Of a stretch of DNA of 44,218 nucleotides, positions 1-9,107 are shown one piece after another. A model generated the notes under the pieces. It worked only from the letters and a program-made list of their open reading frames with translations. It had not been told where the DNA came from and searched no databases. Position numbers and translations under genes: made by a program. Origin of the DNA: Deinococcota bacterium (GTDB lineage: Bacteria > Deinococcota > Deinococci > Deinococcales > Trueperaceae). The stretch's first letter is position 1. Each line of letters starts with the position of its first letter. The DNA lies in assembly GCA_039034155.1 (NCBI GenBank), contig JBCCBI010000001.1, positions 1 through 44,218 on the forward strand. Direction: 5' to 3'.

Positions 1-120
1 AGCAAGCTCATGATGCGTCACACAATTATAGAAAATGATAAAATCTCCCTTTCCTAAAGCACAACATCACACACAAGTCGTCTGCAAATGGCATCTCTTA
101 AAATTGCTATAGGTGTTCTC

Positions 121-168
121 AAACAATCACAAAGAAGGTGAAGCGCTGAGCATCCTCAACACTTCACC
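121..168 (-). terminator. Candidate intrinsic terminator after the sugar-binding protein gene
   Basis: The inverted repeat GGTGAAG (137-143) / CTTCACC (162-168) is followed, reading the minus strand, by a T-rich tract (plus-strand A-rich 121-136). It begins 14 nt past the stop at 182. Confidence 0.5.
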
Positions 169-181
169 CAAAGTCTTAAGT

Positions 182-1156
182 TTAGAAGTCGAATTCGTCG
201 AGGTTGTCTAGCGTAACAGTTACCCACGCTTGTCCGTAGATAACTTTGTCTTCAACGACAACGCTTTCGTAACCAGACTGGCCTAAGTCCATACCGGTTT
301 CAACGGTTTCGCCGTCGAGTACCATCTCGGCAACTTTAAGTGAGACGTAACCAGCAAGAGACGGATCCCAGAAGAACACGGCGTCTACTGCGCCAGTTTC
401 AATGTACTGACCGCCAATTGAAGGAAGGCTGGTGCCCATCACACAAGTTTGGTCTTCAAGACCGCGCTCTTCAATCACTTGCCCAATGCCAGCGACATCG
501 GTTGACGCACTACCTTGCATACCCTTAATGTTCGGGAAGGCGCGCAGGACTTCGCGGGCAGCATCAGCAGCTTCGCTCACGTCGTCATAGGTTTCATTTT
601 TATCGCCAACTAGCGTCATGTTTGGATAAGCTTCCATCTGGCGCTCAATGGCACCATCGACCCAGTCGTTGTGGGTTTCTGAGGTGAGGCTGCCGACAAA
701 CACAGCGTACTCGCCTTCTTCAGCCATGCAAGCTGCCAGTTGATCCATCAAATACGCGCCGTACTCACGGTTGCGGAAGGCTTCCACGTCGTAGTCGACA
801 TTTTGTTGGCTAGGTGCTTCGTGGGTAACTACTACGATGCCTTCTTCGCGGGCGCGGGCAAGCACAGGCTCGAGCGCTTCAGGTGAAAAGGGCACCACGG
901 TAATAGCATCTACGCCTTGTGCAATCATATCTTCAAGAATTTGCACTTGCAAGGCGGCATCTGCTTGGGTTGGCCCAAGTTGGAAGGCATCGGTGCCAGT
1001 GTCTTCGGCGTACTGCATGATGCCTTCTTCCATACGGTCAAACCACTGAATCCCAGACACTTTCACAATCATGGGAATGCGGCGTGCTTCCTGCGCGAGG
1101 GCAGCAGGTGCCAGCACAGCAGCAGCTAAGATGGATACAGCTAAAAATTTCTTCAT
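182..1156 (-). CDS. Periplasmic/extracytoplasmic sugar ABC transporter substrate-binding protein, PBP1 LsrB/RhaS-like
   Basis: The 324 aa ORF has an N-terminal signal peptide (MKKFLAVSILAAAVLAPAALAQ). It shows type I periplasmic-binding-fold similarity to LsrB/RhaS-type binders, including the C-terminal ...DEFDF ending (LsrB ends ...KYDF). An AAGGAA RBS precedes the ATG. Confidence 0.8.
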   Translation of the reverse strand: MKKFLAVSILAAAVLAPAALAQEARRIPMIVKVSGIQWFDRMEEGIMQYAEDTGTDAFQLGPTQADAALQVQILEDMIAQGVDAITVVPFSPEALEPVLARAREEGIVVVTHEAPSQQNVDYDVEAFRNREYGAYLMDQLAACMAEEGEYAVFVGSLTSETHNDWVDGAIERQMEAYPNMTLVGDKNETYDDVSEAADAAREVLRAFPNIKGMQGSASTDVAGIGQVIEERGLEDQTCVMGTSLPSIGGQYIETGAVDAVFFWDPSLAGYVSLKVAEMVLDGETVETGMDLGQSGYESVVVEDKVIYGQAWVTVTLDNLDEFDF

Positions 1157-1523
1157 AACGTTCCTTTCGTCACTTAATCATTGAGTAGTTGACTCAATAT
1201 TGAACATGCCTAATCTGTCTTCTTATAGTGCCAATTTTGGGTGATGCTCATATCTCTTAAAGATAGTTAAGCCCACAAAAGTGTTTTTAGCTTAAATGTC
1301 TTGGTGTGACCATGTAGATAAGCTTGTTATATGACCTTGTACAAGCAGCCTACGACGGCCTCAACTTTCACCTCCCCTAGCACACGTGAGCGTTAACATT
1401 TGGTGAATGTCATATCATGAAATTTGAGCAGGTTGACCCTTTTGGGGGTGGCTCGAGCCTCTGCTTGCTTTGCTAATAGCTGAACACTCGGCTCAGCGAC
1501 AGCTCGCCAGCAAACGCCAGCAC

Positions 1524-2864
1524 TCATGACAGCACCATACTTCGCCTAGATGTTGGCTCGGCTGTGTGACTTAAACTGTGTGGTTCTTGAATAATATCAC
1601 GCAAGCTGTTCAAAAAAAGCGCGACTGCGACACCATCCACCGCGCGGTGATCTGCTGATAGTGTGAAGCTGATGCTGTAGCCAGGGCGCAGCGCACCTGC
1701 CTCCACAAAAACATCTTCTTTAAGCGTTCCCACGGCTAACATCGCCACATTTGGCGGCAAAATAATGGCCGAAAAGGCCTCGACGTTGTACATGCCGAGG
1801 TTGGAAATGGCAAAGGTTGCTCCAGAAATATCGGCAGACGTTGCCCGCCCACTAGCTAGCCGCGCCCGCACCTCCCGCACGCGGGCGTGAACCTCGTGGG
1901 CAGTTAGTGTGTCTGCATCGTGCACAACGGAGGTCATGACCCCTTGCGGTGTGGCGGTAATAACGCCGATATGAACGTGCTTGTGTAACGTAAGCGCGTC
2001 TTCACGTGTGGCACTCGCGTTGAGGCGAGGGTGATCTTTGAGTGCACGTGCTACTGCCATCACCACAAGGTCGTTGATAGAGACACCCTGAAGACTGTCT
2101 GCCAAGTTTTGTAGCGCACTTGCATCTGCCCGTACGGTCACGTAAAAGTGGGGGATTTCAGCAAAGGATTGGGTGGTAACTCGAGCAGAAATTTGCTCGA
2201 CCTTAGTTAGTTTGTAACTCGTCGCGTCAACATCGTCTCGAGCCAGTAGCACATCATCTAACTGAGGTAAAGGTGATGCCACAGTCACATTAGATTTAGA
2301 TGGTGTCATCAGCTCAGGTTGCGTAACGGGTGATATTGATGTCTCAGTTAAATCAGCTTGACGTGCTGCAGCTTGTACGTCTTCACTGGTGATGCGCCCG
2401 CGTGGCCCGGTGCCGTCTACATCTGCTAAAGAAATATCCAATTCTCGAGCCAAGCGCCGTGCAGACGGTGATGCGCGATATTTGTGTTTGTCTTGAGGAG
2501 GTTCAGCAGGTGTACCTAAAGGCACATCAGATGATGCATTTGATGGCGCTTTAGAGGCGTCTTCCGTAGCTACCTGTGAAGGTGACTCTTGGCTGGACTC
2601 AGACATTGATTTAGAGGCTGGCTCGAGCCGCGCCACCACATCGCCCACCACTACCACATCGCCTGGATGAACGAGATGCTCGAGGAGTACACCACTTTCT
2701 AGAGCAGGCACTTCAACGGTGATTTTATCCGTTTGGACTTCAAACAGGGCATCCCCTCGAGTGACACTATCACCTACCTGCTTGAGCCACACTAAAACCT
2801 CAGCTTCGTCTGCCGTTTCACCCAGTTGTGGCAAGGTGATGTTGCTAACCTCAACGCCTGCCAT
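1524..2864 (-). CDS. Dihydrolipoamide acyltransferase (E2) of a 2-oxoacid/acetoin dehydrogenase complex
   Basis: The 446 aa ORF has an N-terminal lipoyl domain (EVQTDKITVEVPA), a Pro/Ser-rich linker and an E3-binding segment (ASPSARRLARELDISL). The C-terminal catalytic domain carries the SADHRAVDG motif. The start abuts the E1 beta stop (TAAATG). Confidence 0.9.
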   Translation of the reverse strand: MAGVEVSNITLPQLGETADEAEVLVWLKQVGDSVTRGDALFEVQTDKITVEVPALESGVLLEHLVHPGDVVVVGDVVARLEPASKSMSESSQESPSQVATEDASKAPSNASSDVPLGTPAEPPQDKHKYRASPSARRLARELDISLADVDGTGPRGRITSEDVQAAARQADLTETSISPVTQPELMTPSKSNVTVASPLPQLDDVLLARDDVDATSYKLTKVEQISARVTTQSFAEIPHFYVTVRADASALQNLADSLQGVSINDLVVMAVARALKDHPRLNASATREDALTLHKHVHIGVITATPQGVMTSVVHDADTLTAHEVHARVREVRARLASGRATSADISGATFAISNLGMYNVEAFSAIILPPNVAMLAVGTLKEDVFVEAGALRPGYSISFTLSADHRAVDGVAVALFLNSLRDIIQEPHSLSHTAEPTSRRSMVLS

Positions 2865-3929
2865 TTAGCGTGATGCTCCGGTTGTTTGACGGCTACTTAA
2901 TGCCAGCCGCGCTGCTTGCACAATCCGCATAACATCGGGCACAGCAGCAGCCTCTAATTCAGGTGAGACCGGAATGGGAATGTCTTCACCGCACACGCGC
3001 AAGATGGGTGCTTCTAAAAAGTCAAACGCATCTACTTGTAAACGGGCGACAAGTTCGGCGGCGACACTACCCGTGAACGTGTCTTCACTGATAACTACGG
3101 CACGTCCTGTGCGAGATACAGACTCCGCAAGAGTGTCACTATCCAATGGGTTCAAGGTACGTAGGTCGATGACCTCAGCATTAACATCATCTTCTTGAGC
3201 AAGTAACTTGGCAGCCTCGAGCGTTCTATGTAACATCCTCGAGTAACTAATGAGCGTAATATCAGTCCCAGACTTACGAACTGCTGCTTTGCCCACGGGT
3301 AGGGCGTCGTCTTCCAGCTCACCTTTGTGTGTGTAGAGCGATTTATGCTCGAGAAACATCACCGGGTCGTCACTTTGTAGGGCTGCTTTGAGCAAATAAT
3401 AAGCGTCACTGACGGTAGCAGGCATGTAAACCCGCAAGCCGGGCACGTGCATGAGCCAGGCTTCTAAACTTTGTGAGTGCTGCGCGCCCGCTGAACGACC
3501 TGTGCCGCCTTGCATGCGCAAGACCATCGGCACGCCCACCTGCCCGCCAAACATGTAGCGAATTTTGGCGGCTTGGTTGGCGATTTGGTCCATGGCAAGG
3601 CCTGCAAAATCTACGTACATAAGCTCCGCTACAGGTCGCAGTCCAGTCATAGCTGCGCCGATGGCAGTACCGACAATGGCGGCTTCGGAAATAGGGGTGT
3701 CGAGAACCCTACTCGCGCCAAAGTGCTCGTAGAGTCCTTTAGTTACGGCGTACGCACCACCGTAACGACCAACTTCTTCGCCAAGAATCACGACTCGAGC
3801 ATCCTCCGTCATGCCTTCCGCTAGCGCTTTACGCAAGGCGCTGCGGTAGTCGGTGACGTTAACCTCGAGTGGCTGAGTCATAATAGATTGGGCTGAGGTT
3901 GTCACAGAAGTCGTTGTTGAGGCTGTCAT
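2865..3929 (-). CDS. E1 component beta subunit (transketolase-like) of a 2-oxoacid/acetoin dehydrogenase
   Basis: The 354 aa ORF shows typical E1 beta similarity (VILGEEVGRYGGAYAVTKGL, DTPISEAAIVG). It overlaps the E1 alpha stop by 4 nt (ATGA). Confidence 0.9.
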   Translation of the reverse strand: MTASTTTSVTTSAQSIMTQPLEVNVTDYRSALRKALAEGMTEDARVVILGEEVGRYGGAYAVTKGLYEHFGASRVLDTPISEAAIVGTAIGAAMTGLRPVAELMYVDFAGLAMDQIANQAAKIRYMFGGQVGVPMVLRMQGGTGRSAGAQHSQSLEAWLMHVPGLRVYMPATVSDAYYLLKAALQSDDPVMFLEHKSLYTHKGELEDDALPVGKAAVRKSGTDITLISYSRMLHRTLEAAKLLAQEDDVNAEVIDLRTLNPLDSDTLAESVSRTGRAVVISEDTFTGSVAAELVARLQVDAFDFLEAPILRVCGEDIPIPVSPELEAAAVPDVMRIVQAARLALSSRQTTGASR

Positions 3930-4981
3930 GGTTGCCAGCTTTCAGCAACAGGGGTTGGTTTTGCAGCAGTTGGTGTGTAAACGTCTTCAAACATGCTGGT
4001 GAGAGTTGGAGGTTCAGCAGCTTCGGCAAAGCTAATGGCAGCATCCATCTCGGCATCTGCGTCACGTTGGATGGTGTCAAACTGCGTTTGGGTGAGGCTA
4101 CTAGCCGCAATGAGTTGGTCTCGAGCCCGGCCAATCGGGTCACGGGTACGTCCTTGGGCTTCTTCATCGGCATCTCGATACGGACTTTTATCTTTACGCG
4201 CGTGACCGTGGAAGCGGTAGCAACTGACCTCTAAAAAGACGGGCGTGCCCTGCCTAGCGACCTCTAATAACTCTGTGGCTTTTTGATACACCGCGCCAAC
4301 ATCCTCACCTGACACGCTGGCAGCCATGAGGCCAAACGCTTTGGCTCGAGCTGTGAAATCTAAGCTGGCTGCTGCCTGGTCAATGCGCGTGCCCATGCCG
4401 TATTGGTTGTTTATGCAGATAAAGGCTGCAGGTAAGTTCCATAGGGCTGCTAGGTTCATAGCCTCATACAAGATGCCTTGTTGCAGGGCGCCATCACCAA
4501 AAAAAGCTGCTGAAACATAAGGTTGTTGTAGGGTTTTGTACGAAAGTGCCGCGCCCACCACCGTGGGAATACCTCCGCCCACAATGGCGTTTGCGCCCAA
4601 ATGCCCGAGTTGCATATCGGCAATATGCATCGAGCCACCTTTGCCACGGCAGTAACCGCTCGCTTTGCCTGCAATTTCAGCCATCATGTGGTTGGGGTCA
4701 GCGCCACGGGCTAAAAAAATGCCGTGCCCACGGTGGTGGGTGGTGAACGAGTCGCCCTCTTGCAGTGCTAGTCCCACGCCAGCTGCCGCACCTTCTTCGC
4801 CAATCGACAAGTGCAACATGGTTCCGGCAGACTGACCTTTAAGAAACAACTCGCCGACGCGCTCTTCAAAACTGCGAATGCGCACCATGCTGGTGAGCAG
4901 CTCGAGCAGCACCTTGGTATCAATAGCATCGTTATTAGTAGCATCGAGGGTATTCGTAGTATCAGCTGAAGCACTGCTCAT
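3926..4981 (-). CDS. E1 component alpha subunit (TPP-dependent) of a 2-oxoacid/acetoin dehydrogenase
   Basis: The 351 aa ORF carries the TPP-binding motif GDGALQQG...NNQYG. Its start overlaps the regulator stop by 4 nt (ATGA). Confidence 0.9.
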   Translation of the reverse strand: MSSASADTTNTLDATNNDAIDTKVLLELLTSMVRIRSFEERVGELFLKGQSAGTMLHLSIGEEGAAAGVGLALQEGDSFTTHHRGHGIFLARGADPNHMMAEIAGKASGYCRGKGGSMHIADMQLGHLGANAIVGGGIPTVVGAALSYKTLQQPYVSAAFFGDGALQQGILYEAMNLAALWNLPAAFICINNQYGMGTRIDQAAASLDFTARAKAFGLMAASVSGEDVGAVYQKATELLEVARQGTPVFLEVSCYRFHGHARKDKSPYRDADEEAQGRTRDPIGRARDQLIAASSLTQTQFDTIQRDADAEMDAAISFAEAAEPPTLTSMFEDVYTPTAAKPTPVAESWQP

Positions 4982-5955
4982 GAGATAGCTACCTTGTGGG
5001 ACTCGAGCAACTTCACTGCTGTCACTTCATCTGTCACAAGTGTATTGATGTAACCGCCGCGCAACGCGCCCAAAATGGCAGGTACTTTGGCAAGCCCACC
5101 CGCCACCAAAAGCGTTGTGTCGATAGCGCGCAAGTCGGCTAGTTCTAGCCCCACCACACGGCCATCAAACTCGGTGCGAACAGGTTCGCCGTTGGCATCA
5201 TAAAAACGTGCTAGCAGATCGCCGACAGCCCCCTTCGCGCGTAATTCGGCCAGTTGAGGGCCAGACACAATTCCCGCTGTAGTCAGGGTGGCGTCTGGTG
5301 TAACTGTACCTGCACCAAGCAGGGCCACGTTGCAGGCTTTGGCTAGAGCCAAGGGTGTTCGGATACTAGGGTCACACAAAAGTGCCTCACGCAACTCAGG
5401 ATTTTCAAGTAACACTGGCGCGCACAAGTAATACATGCGCCCAGACAAACGCTCGGCAAACATGCGGGCGATGTCATTGGGGTTAACCGCAGGTAAGCTA
5501 TCAGCAATGCCGCCCATCATCATGACCACTGCGCTGTGGTCACGCTCGAGCGCGCGGAAGTGCTTCGCTGTCTCGAGCAGCGTTGCTCCCCAAGCCGTTC
5601 CTAAGGTCATGCCGTCTTCCAAAATTTTGGGGAGGTAACTTGCAGCTGCTTGTCCTAACAATTCCGTTAGGCGTTCAGTGTCTTGTGGGGTGGGCATCAC
5701 AAACGCGTCTTTAAGCTCGAGCTTACGTTTAAGGTCAGCCTCGAGCGCCAAACAATTGAACCTTTTATCAGACAATTGTATAGAAACAGCACCACTATCA
5801 AACCCGTCCCGCAAAAGCTTAATGACCCTCGAGCGGGGCATCTCGAGCAACTCAGCAATATCACTTTGAGTGAGACCTTCAACATGATAAAGCCATGCCA
5901 CACGTAAAATTACATCATTGGCGGCAGTATTAGAGGCTGTATTTTTGTCGTCCAT
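4978..5955 (-). CDS. SorC/DeoR(B. subtilis)-family sugar-phosphate-sensing transcriptional regulator
   Basis: The 325 aa ORF has an N-terminal HTH (LTQSDIAELLEMPRSRVIKLL) and a C-terminal SorC-type sugar-binding domain. It is the first gene of the E1/E2 operon. Confidence 0.85.
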   Translation of the reverse strand: MDDKNTASNTAANDVILRVAWLYHVEGLTQSDIAELLEMPRSRVIKLLRDGFDSGAVSIQLSDKRFNCLALEADLKRKLELKDAFVMPTPQDTERLTELLGQAAASYLPKILEDGMTLGTAWGATLLETAKHFRALERDHSAVVMMMGGIADSLPAVNPNDIARMFAERLSGRMYYLCAPVLLENPELREALLCDPSIRTPLALAKACNVALLGAGTVTPDATLTTAGIVSGPQLAELRAKGAVGDLLARFYDANGEPVRTEFDGRVVGLELADLRAIDTTLLVAGGLAKVPAILGALRGGYINTLVTDEVTAVKLLESHKVAIS

Positions 5956-6181
5956 GGGTTAGTGTATAAGGTTTGTTAATAAAGTGGTAGCCGTTAAGCA
6001 CACACTTGATATGCTACCAAGTAAGTACCAGACGCACTTAAAGACATCAAGATTAGTCCTTAAAAGCATCTTGATAAATAAGATGTCTCGAGCACCGCAG
6101 TAGGTCGTCAAACTAGCCTTGGTACTCGAGACGCTCAGGAGGTATGGAACTTTTGTCTCGTGCTGTTTTCAAATGTAGCAC

Positions 6182-6210
6182 TTGTCGTCACAAAGGTCAA
6201 GCCTTATAAT
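6182..6210 (+). promoter_or_regulatory. Candidate sigma-70-type promoter for the mtnA-like operon
   Basis: The elements are TTGTCG (6182-6187), a 17 nt spacer and a perfect TATAAT (6205-6210). This would give a leader of about 245 nt before the ATG at 6461. Confidence 0.35.
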
Positions 6211-6268
6211 TGCCTCATCATTTTGTTATCGATTTAAGCTGCCTAGGTATTAGATATTTTAGTTATTA

Positions 6269-6299
6269 GGTGTAGATGTTGGGTGTAGATGTTGGGTGT
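6269..6299. repeat. Tandem 13-nt direct repeat GGTGTAGATGTTG x2 plus a partial third copy
   Basis: Exact copies lie at 6269-6281 and 6282-6294, followed by GGTGT at 6295-6299. A related AGGTATTAGAT lies at 6245-6255. All sit in the divergent regulatory region. Confidence 0.85.
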
Positions 6300-6460
6300 C
6301 AACGCTGAGATGACTCGCTCAATCTCTGGTTTTGCATCGATGTGTTATGCAGTATCGTTAAGTAACACCCTACTGTAGACGTGAGTTTCACCAACAACCT
6401 CGAGCATGTCTGGCGAATGACCCCATATGTGCTTGATGCTTCGGGAGGATAATCTTTAAC

Positions 6461-7672
6461 ATGAATGTAAACGGCAAGCCCATGCGTACCATTTGGCTAG
6501 ACGCTCACAACCCCGGCGTGGTGCATATCATTGACCAGCAACAACTCCCTCACGTGTTTGAGGTGATGCAACTTAGGACTCTGGCAGATGTCGCTACAGC
6601 CATCAAAGATATGCACGTGCGCGGTGCTGGACTTATTGGAGCAACAGCGGGTTACGGCATGTACTTGGCAGCGTTAGACGCGCCCAAGACAAATATTGAT
6701 GCATTTTTAGCATCTTTGGAGCAGGCTGCAAGCACACTTCAAGCTACCCGACCAACGGCGGTGAATTTAGCATGGGCCTGCTCGAGGCAACTTACCAATA
6801 TCCGCAGTCAAATGGCCGCAGGTCTAGACGTTGAGGCACTTATTCAGGTCGCCAAAATCACCGCCCAAACCATTGCTGATGAAGACGCCAATTTTTGTAA
6901 GCGCATCGGTGAGCACGGGCTTCCCATCATACATAAGCTTTTACAGCAAAAATCTGGTGACACCATCAATATTCTGACGCATTGCAACGCAGGCTGGTTA
7001 GCCTTTGTTGATTACGGGTCAGCCACGGCCCCCATTTATGCAGCGTTTAATGCGGGCATCCCTTTACATGTCTGGGTAGACGAAACCCGGCCGCGCAACC
7101 AAGGGGCTAGCTTAACAGCGTGGGAACTTGGTCAGCACGGCGTCCCGCACACAATTATTGCGGACAATGTAGGTGGGCATCTCATGCAGCACGGTCTGGT
7201 GGACATGGTCATTGTTGGCAGTGACCGCACCAGCTACACAGGCGATGTTGGCAACAAAATTGGCACTTACCTCAAAGCCCTTGCTGCTAAAGATAATAAC
7301 GTTCCATTTTACGCGGCACTTCCTTCCTCTACCTTTGATTGGGCCTTGGAAGATGGTGTTCACGGCACACCTATTGAAGAACGTGCTGCTGACGAAGTAA
7401 CGCATATTTCGGGCGTTGCTGAATCAGGTCCAGCAGCAGGTCAGGTGACCAAAGTACGCATTACACCAGAAACGAGTCCTGCTAAAAATTATGGATTCGA
7501 TGTCACTCCAAGGCGCTTAGTCACCGGACTCATCACAGAGCGCGGGGTGTGTGCCGCTAATGCCGAAAGTGTCTTAGCGCTTTACCCCGAAAAACGTACC
7601 TTAGTGGAGCAGCACAAAGCAGTACATACAAATAGCAAAGATGGAGGTAAGCGTGTCGTATCAACCTCTTGA
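6461..7672 (+). CDS. mtnA: MtnA/eIF-2B-family aldose-1-phosphate isomerase (methylthioribose-1-P or 5-deoxyribose-1-P isomerase type)
   Basis: The 403 aa ORF matches the family N-terminus (IDQQQLPHVFEVMQLRT...AIKDMHVRGAGLIGATAGYG), and a GGGAGGA RBS lies upstream. The C-terminus is about 40 aa longer than typical MtnA. Confidence 0.85.
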   Translation: MNVNGKPMRTIWLDAHNPGVVHIIDQQQLPHVFEVMQLRTLADVATAIKDMHVRGAGLIGATAGYGMYLAALDAPKTNIDAFLASLEQAASTLQATRPTAVNLAWACSRQLTNIRSQMAAGLDVEALIQVAKITAQTIADEDANFCKRIGEHGLPIIHKLLQQKSGDTINILTHCNAGWLAFVDYGSATAPIYAAFNAGIPLHVWVDETRPRNQGASLTAWELGQHGVPHTIIADNVGGHLMQHGLVDMVIVGSDRTSYTGDVGNKIGTYLKALAAKDNNVPFYAALPSSTFDWALEDGVHGTPIEERAADEVTHISGVAESGPAAGQVTKVRITPETSPAKNYGFDVTPRRLVTGLITERGVCAANAESVLALYPEKRTLVEQHKAVHTNSKDGGKRVVSTS

Positions 7673-8942
7673 CGACCAAAGTGTCATTACCTATTTGCAG
7701 CAAACCGCACCTCAGGTAGGGCGTTTAGCCAGTCAGATTGGTATAGATAACGCTTTACATGCACGTGAGGTGGGCGATGGCAACCTCAACCAAGTGTTTA
7801 TTGTGACGGTAGGCAGTCAGGACAGTCCAAGCGCAACCATTATCGTCAAGCAAGCGTTACCTTATTTGCGCGTTTCTGGCGAGGGTTGGCCGCTCAGCCG
7901 CGAGCGCATGCGCTTTGAAACCCAAGCACTCCTCAAATACAGCGAGTTAATGCCTGAGCTTGTACCTGAGATTTATCATCACGACTTAGAGATGTCGCTG
8001 GTGGTGATGGAATACCTAGACGGATTTGAGGTCATGCGCGGGCCCATTACCAAAGGACAGCGCTTTCCTAATTTTGCAATCAATATTGCTGAATTTACAG
8101 CCCGCAGTCACTTTTTTACGTCGGATGCTTACCTTACAAGTGCAAACAAAAAAGCGGCCCAAGCGGCGTTCATCAATCCTGAGCTGTGCAAACTGCAAGA
8201 AGATTTTGTGTTTACGAATCCGTTTATGACCTCGCCAGAAAATAATTGGAATCCGCTGCTCGAGCCAGACATCATCAAATTACGCGGGAACGCAACCCTC
8301 AAAGTCACCATCAACCAAACCAAATATGACTACATGACCAACGCCCAAGCCATGTTGCACGGTGATTTACACACAGGTAGCTTAATGGTGCAGGGAGATG
8401 AACTTAAAATCATCGACCCAGAATTTGCCTTTTACGGACCGCAAGCTTATGACGTCGGCACGCTCCTTGCCAACATTGTTCTAGGAGCAGCCTCACAGGT
8501 CCATCACACGCCAGATGAGGCAGCACGTCAGGACTATCAAGCCTATCTTTTGGACTTAATCGAACCCATTTGGCAACACTACGCTCAAACCTTTGACCGG
8601 CTTTGGCAAGATCACACGGCAGCAGGTACAGGGGGCGATTTGTCACCAGCATCTTACTGGGAGTTTGCAGGTGGTGCCGAGGCGTTTACAAGCTACAGAC
8701 ATAACTATTTGCAAGATGTCCTTGCTAGCACAGCCCGCCATGGTGGTTGCGAGTTGTTGCGTAGGCTGATGGGCATTGTGAGCGTGGCTGAACTCTCGAG
8801 CATTCCTGATGACAACATCCGCGTCATCGCCGAAAGACAGGTTCTCGACATTGCTAGTGAATGGCTTAGCGTGCCAGTCACCTCCATTAATATGTTAGCC
8901 GATGCCGCTAGACACGTCATTCTCGATGTATCTGATACTTAG
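7641..8942 (+). CDS. mtnK: MtnK-family sugar 1-kinase (methylthioribose / 5-deoxyribose kinase type)
   Basis: Family motifs are present: VGDGNLNQVF, NPELC, FTNPF, HGDLHTGS and IDPEFAFYGP. The real start may be GTG at 7653, which lies 5 nt after GGAGG (7643-7647). The ORF overlaps the mtnA-like stop. Confidence 0.85.
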   Translation: MEVSVSYQPLDDQSVITYLQQTAPQVGRLASQIGIDNALHAREVGDGNLNQVFIVTVGSQDSPSATIIVKQALPYLRVSGEGWPLSRERMRFETQALLKYSELMPELVPEIYHHDLEMSLVVMEYLDGFEVMRGPITKGQRFPNFAINIAEFTARSHFFTSDAYLTSANKKAAQAAFINPELCKLQEDFVFTNPFMTSPENNWNPLLEPDIIKLRGNATLKVTINQTKYDYMTNAQAMLHGDLHTGSLMVQGDELKIIDPEFAFYGPQAYDVGTLLANIVLGAASQVHHTPDEAARQDYQAYLLDLIEPIWQHYAQTFDRLWQDHTAAGTGGDLSPASYWEFAGGAEAFTSYRHNYLQDVLASTARHGGCELLRRLMGIVSVAELSSIPDDNIRVIAERQVLDIASEWLSVPVTSINMLADAARHVILDVSDT

Positions 8943-9107
8943 TCAATCTGTAACAAGTAACCTCCGATACACCTACCTCGAGACGCAACACAACTACTTC
9001 ACAAACGCCTTTTCTCCCTAGCTCCCCTTCCCCTTTCACAAAGAACCTCATCAAACATGTACTTCACTAACTCACATCACCCACCCTTACCCACAGGAGT
9101 TTAGATT

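Noticed and set aside
1-35. A possible minus-strand gene starting at ATG 12 to 10, after a TATAAT (30 to 25) at the left edge.
   Set aside because: Only four codons lie inside the window, so this cannot be supported as a feature.
6144-6209. 21 aa ORF MELLSRAVFKCSTCRHKGQAL, immediately after AGGAGG in the mtnA-like upstream region. It is a possible leader peptide.
   Set aside because: The SD is only 1 nt from the ATG. The ORF also lies upstream of the best promoter candidate and overlaps it (TATAAT at 6205-6210). There is too little evidence to call a gene.
6269-6299. Tandem repeats at 6269-6299, 42856-42897 and 37330-37455 considered as possible CRISPR-like arrays.
   Set aside because: The units are directly adjacent with no spacers, number only 2-3 copies, and measure 13, 14 and 63 nt. 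No cas genes are present, so these are not CRISPR arrays.
5956-6460. A SAM (S-box) riboswitch or T-box might be expected upstream of methylthioribose salvage-type genes.
   Set aside because: I could not find the conserved S-box core elements or a T-box/specifier arrangement by eye. Only simple hairpins and tandem repeats are present. An Infernal scan would be decisive.
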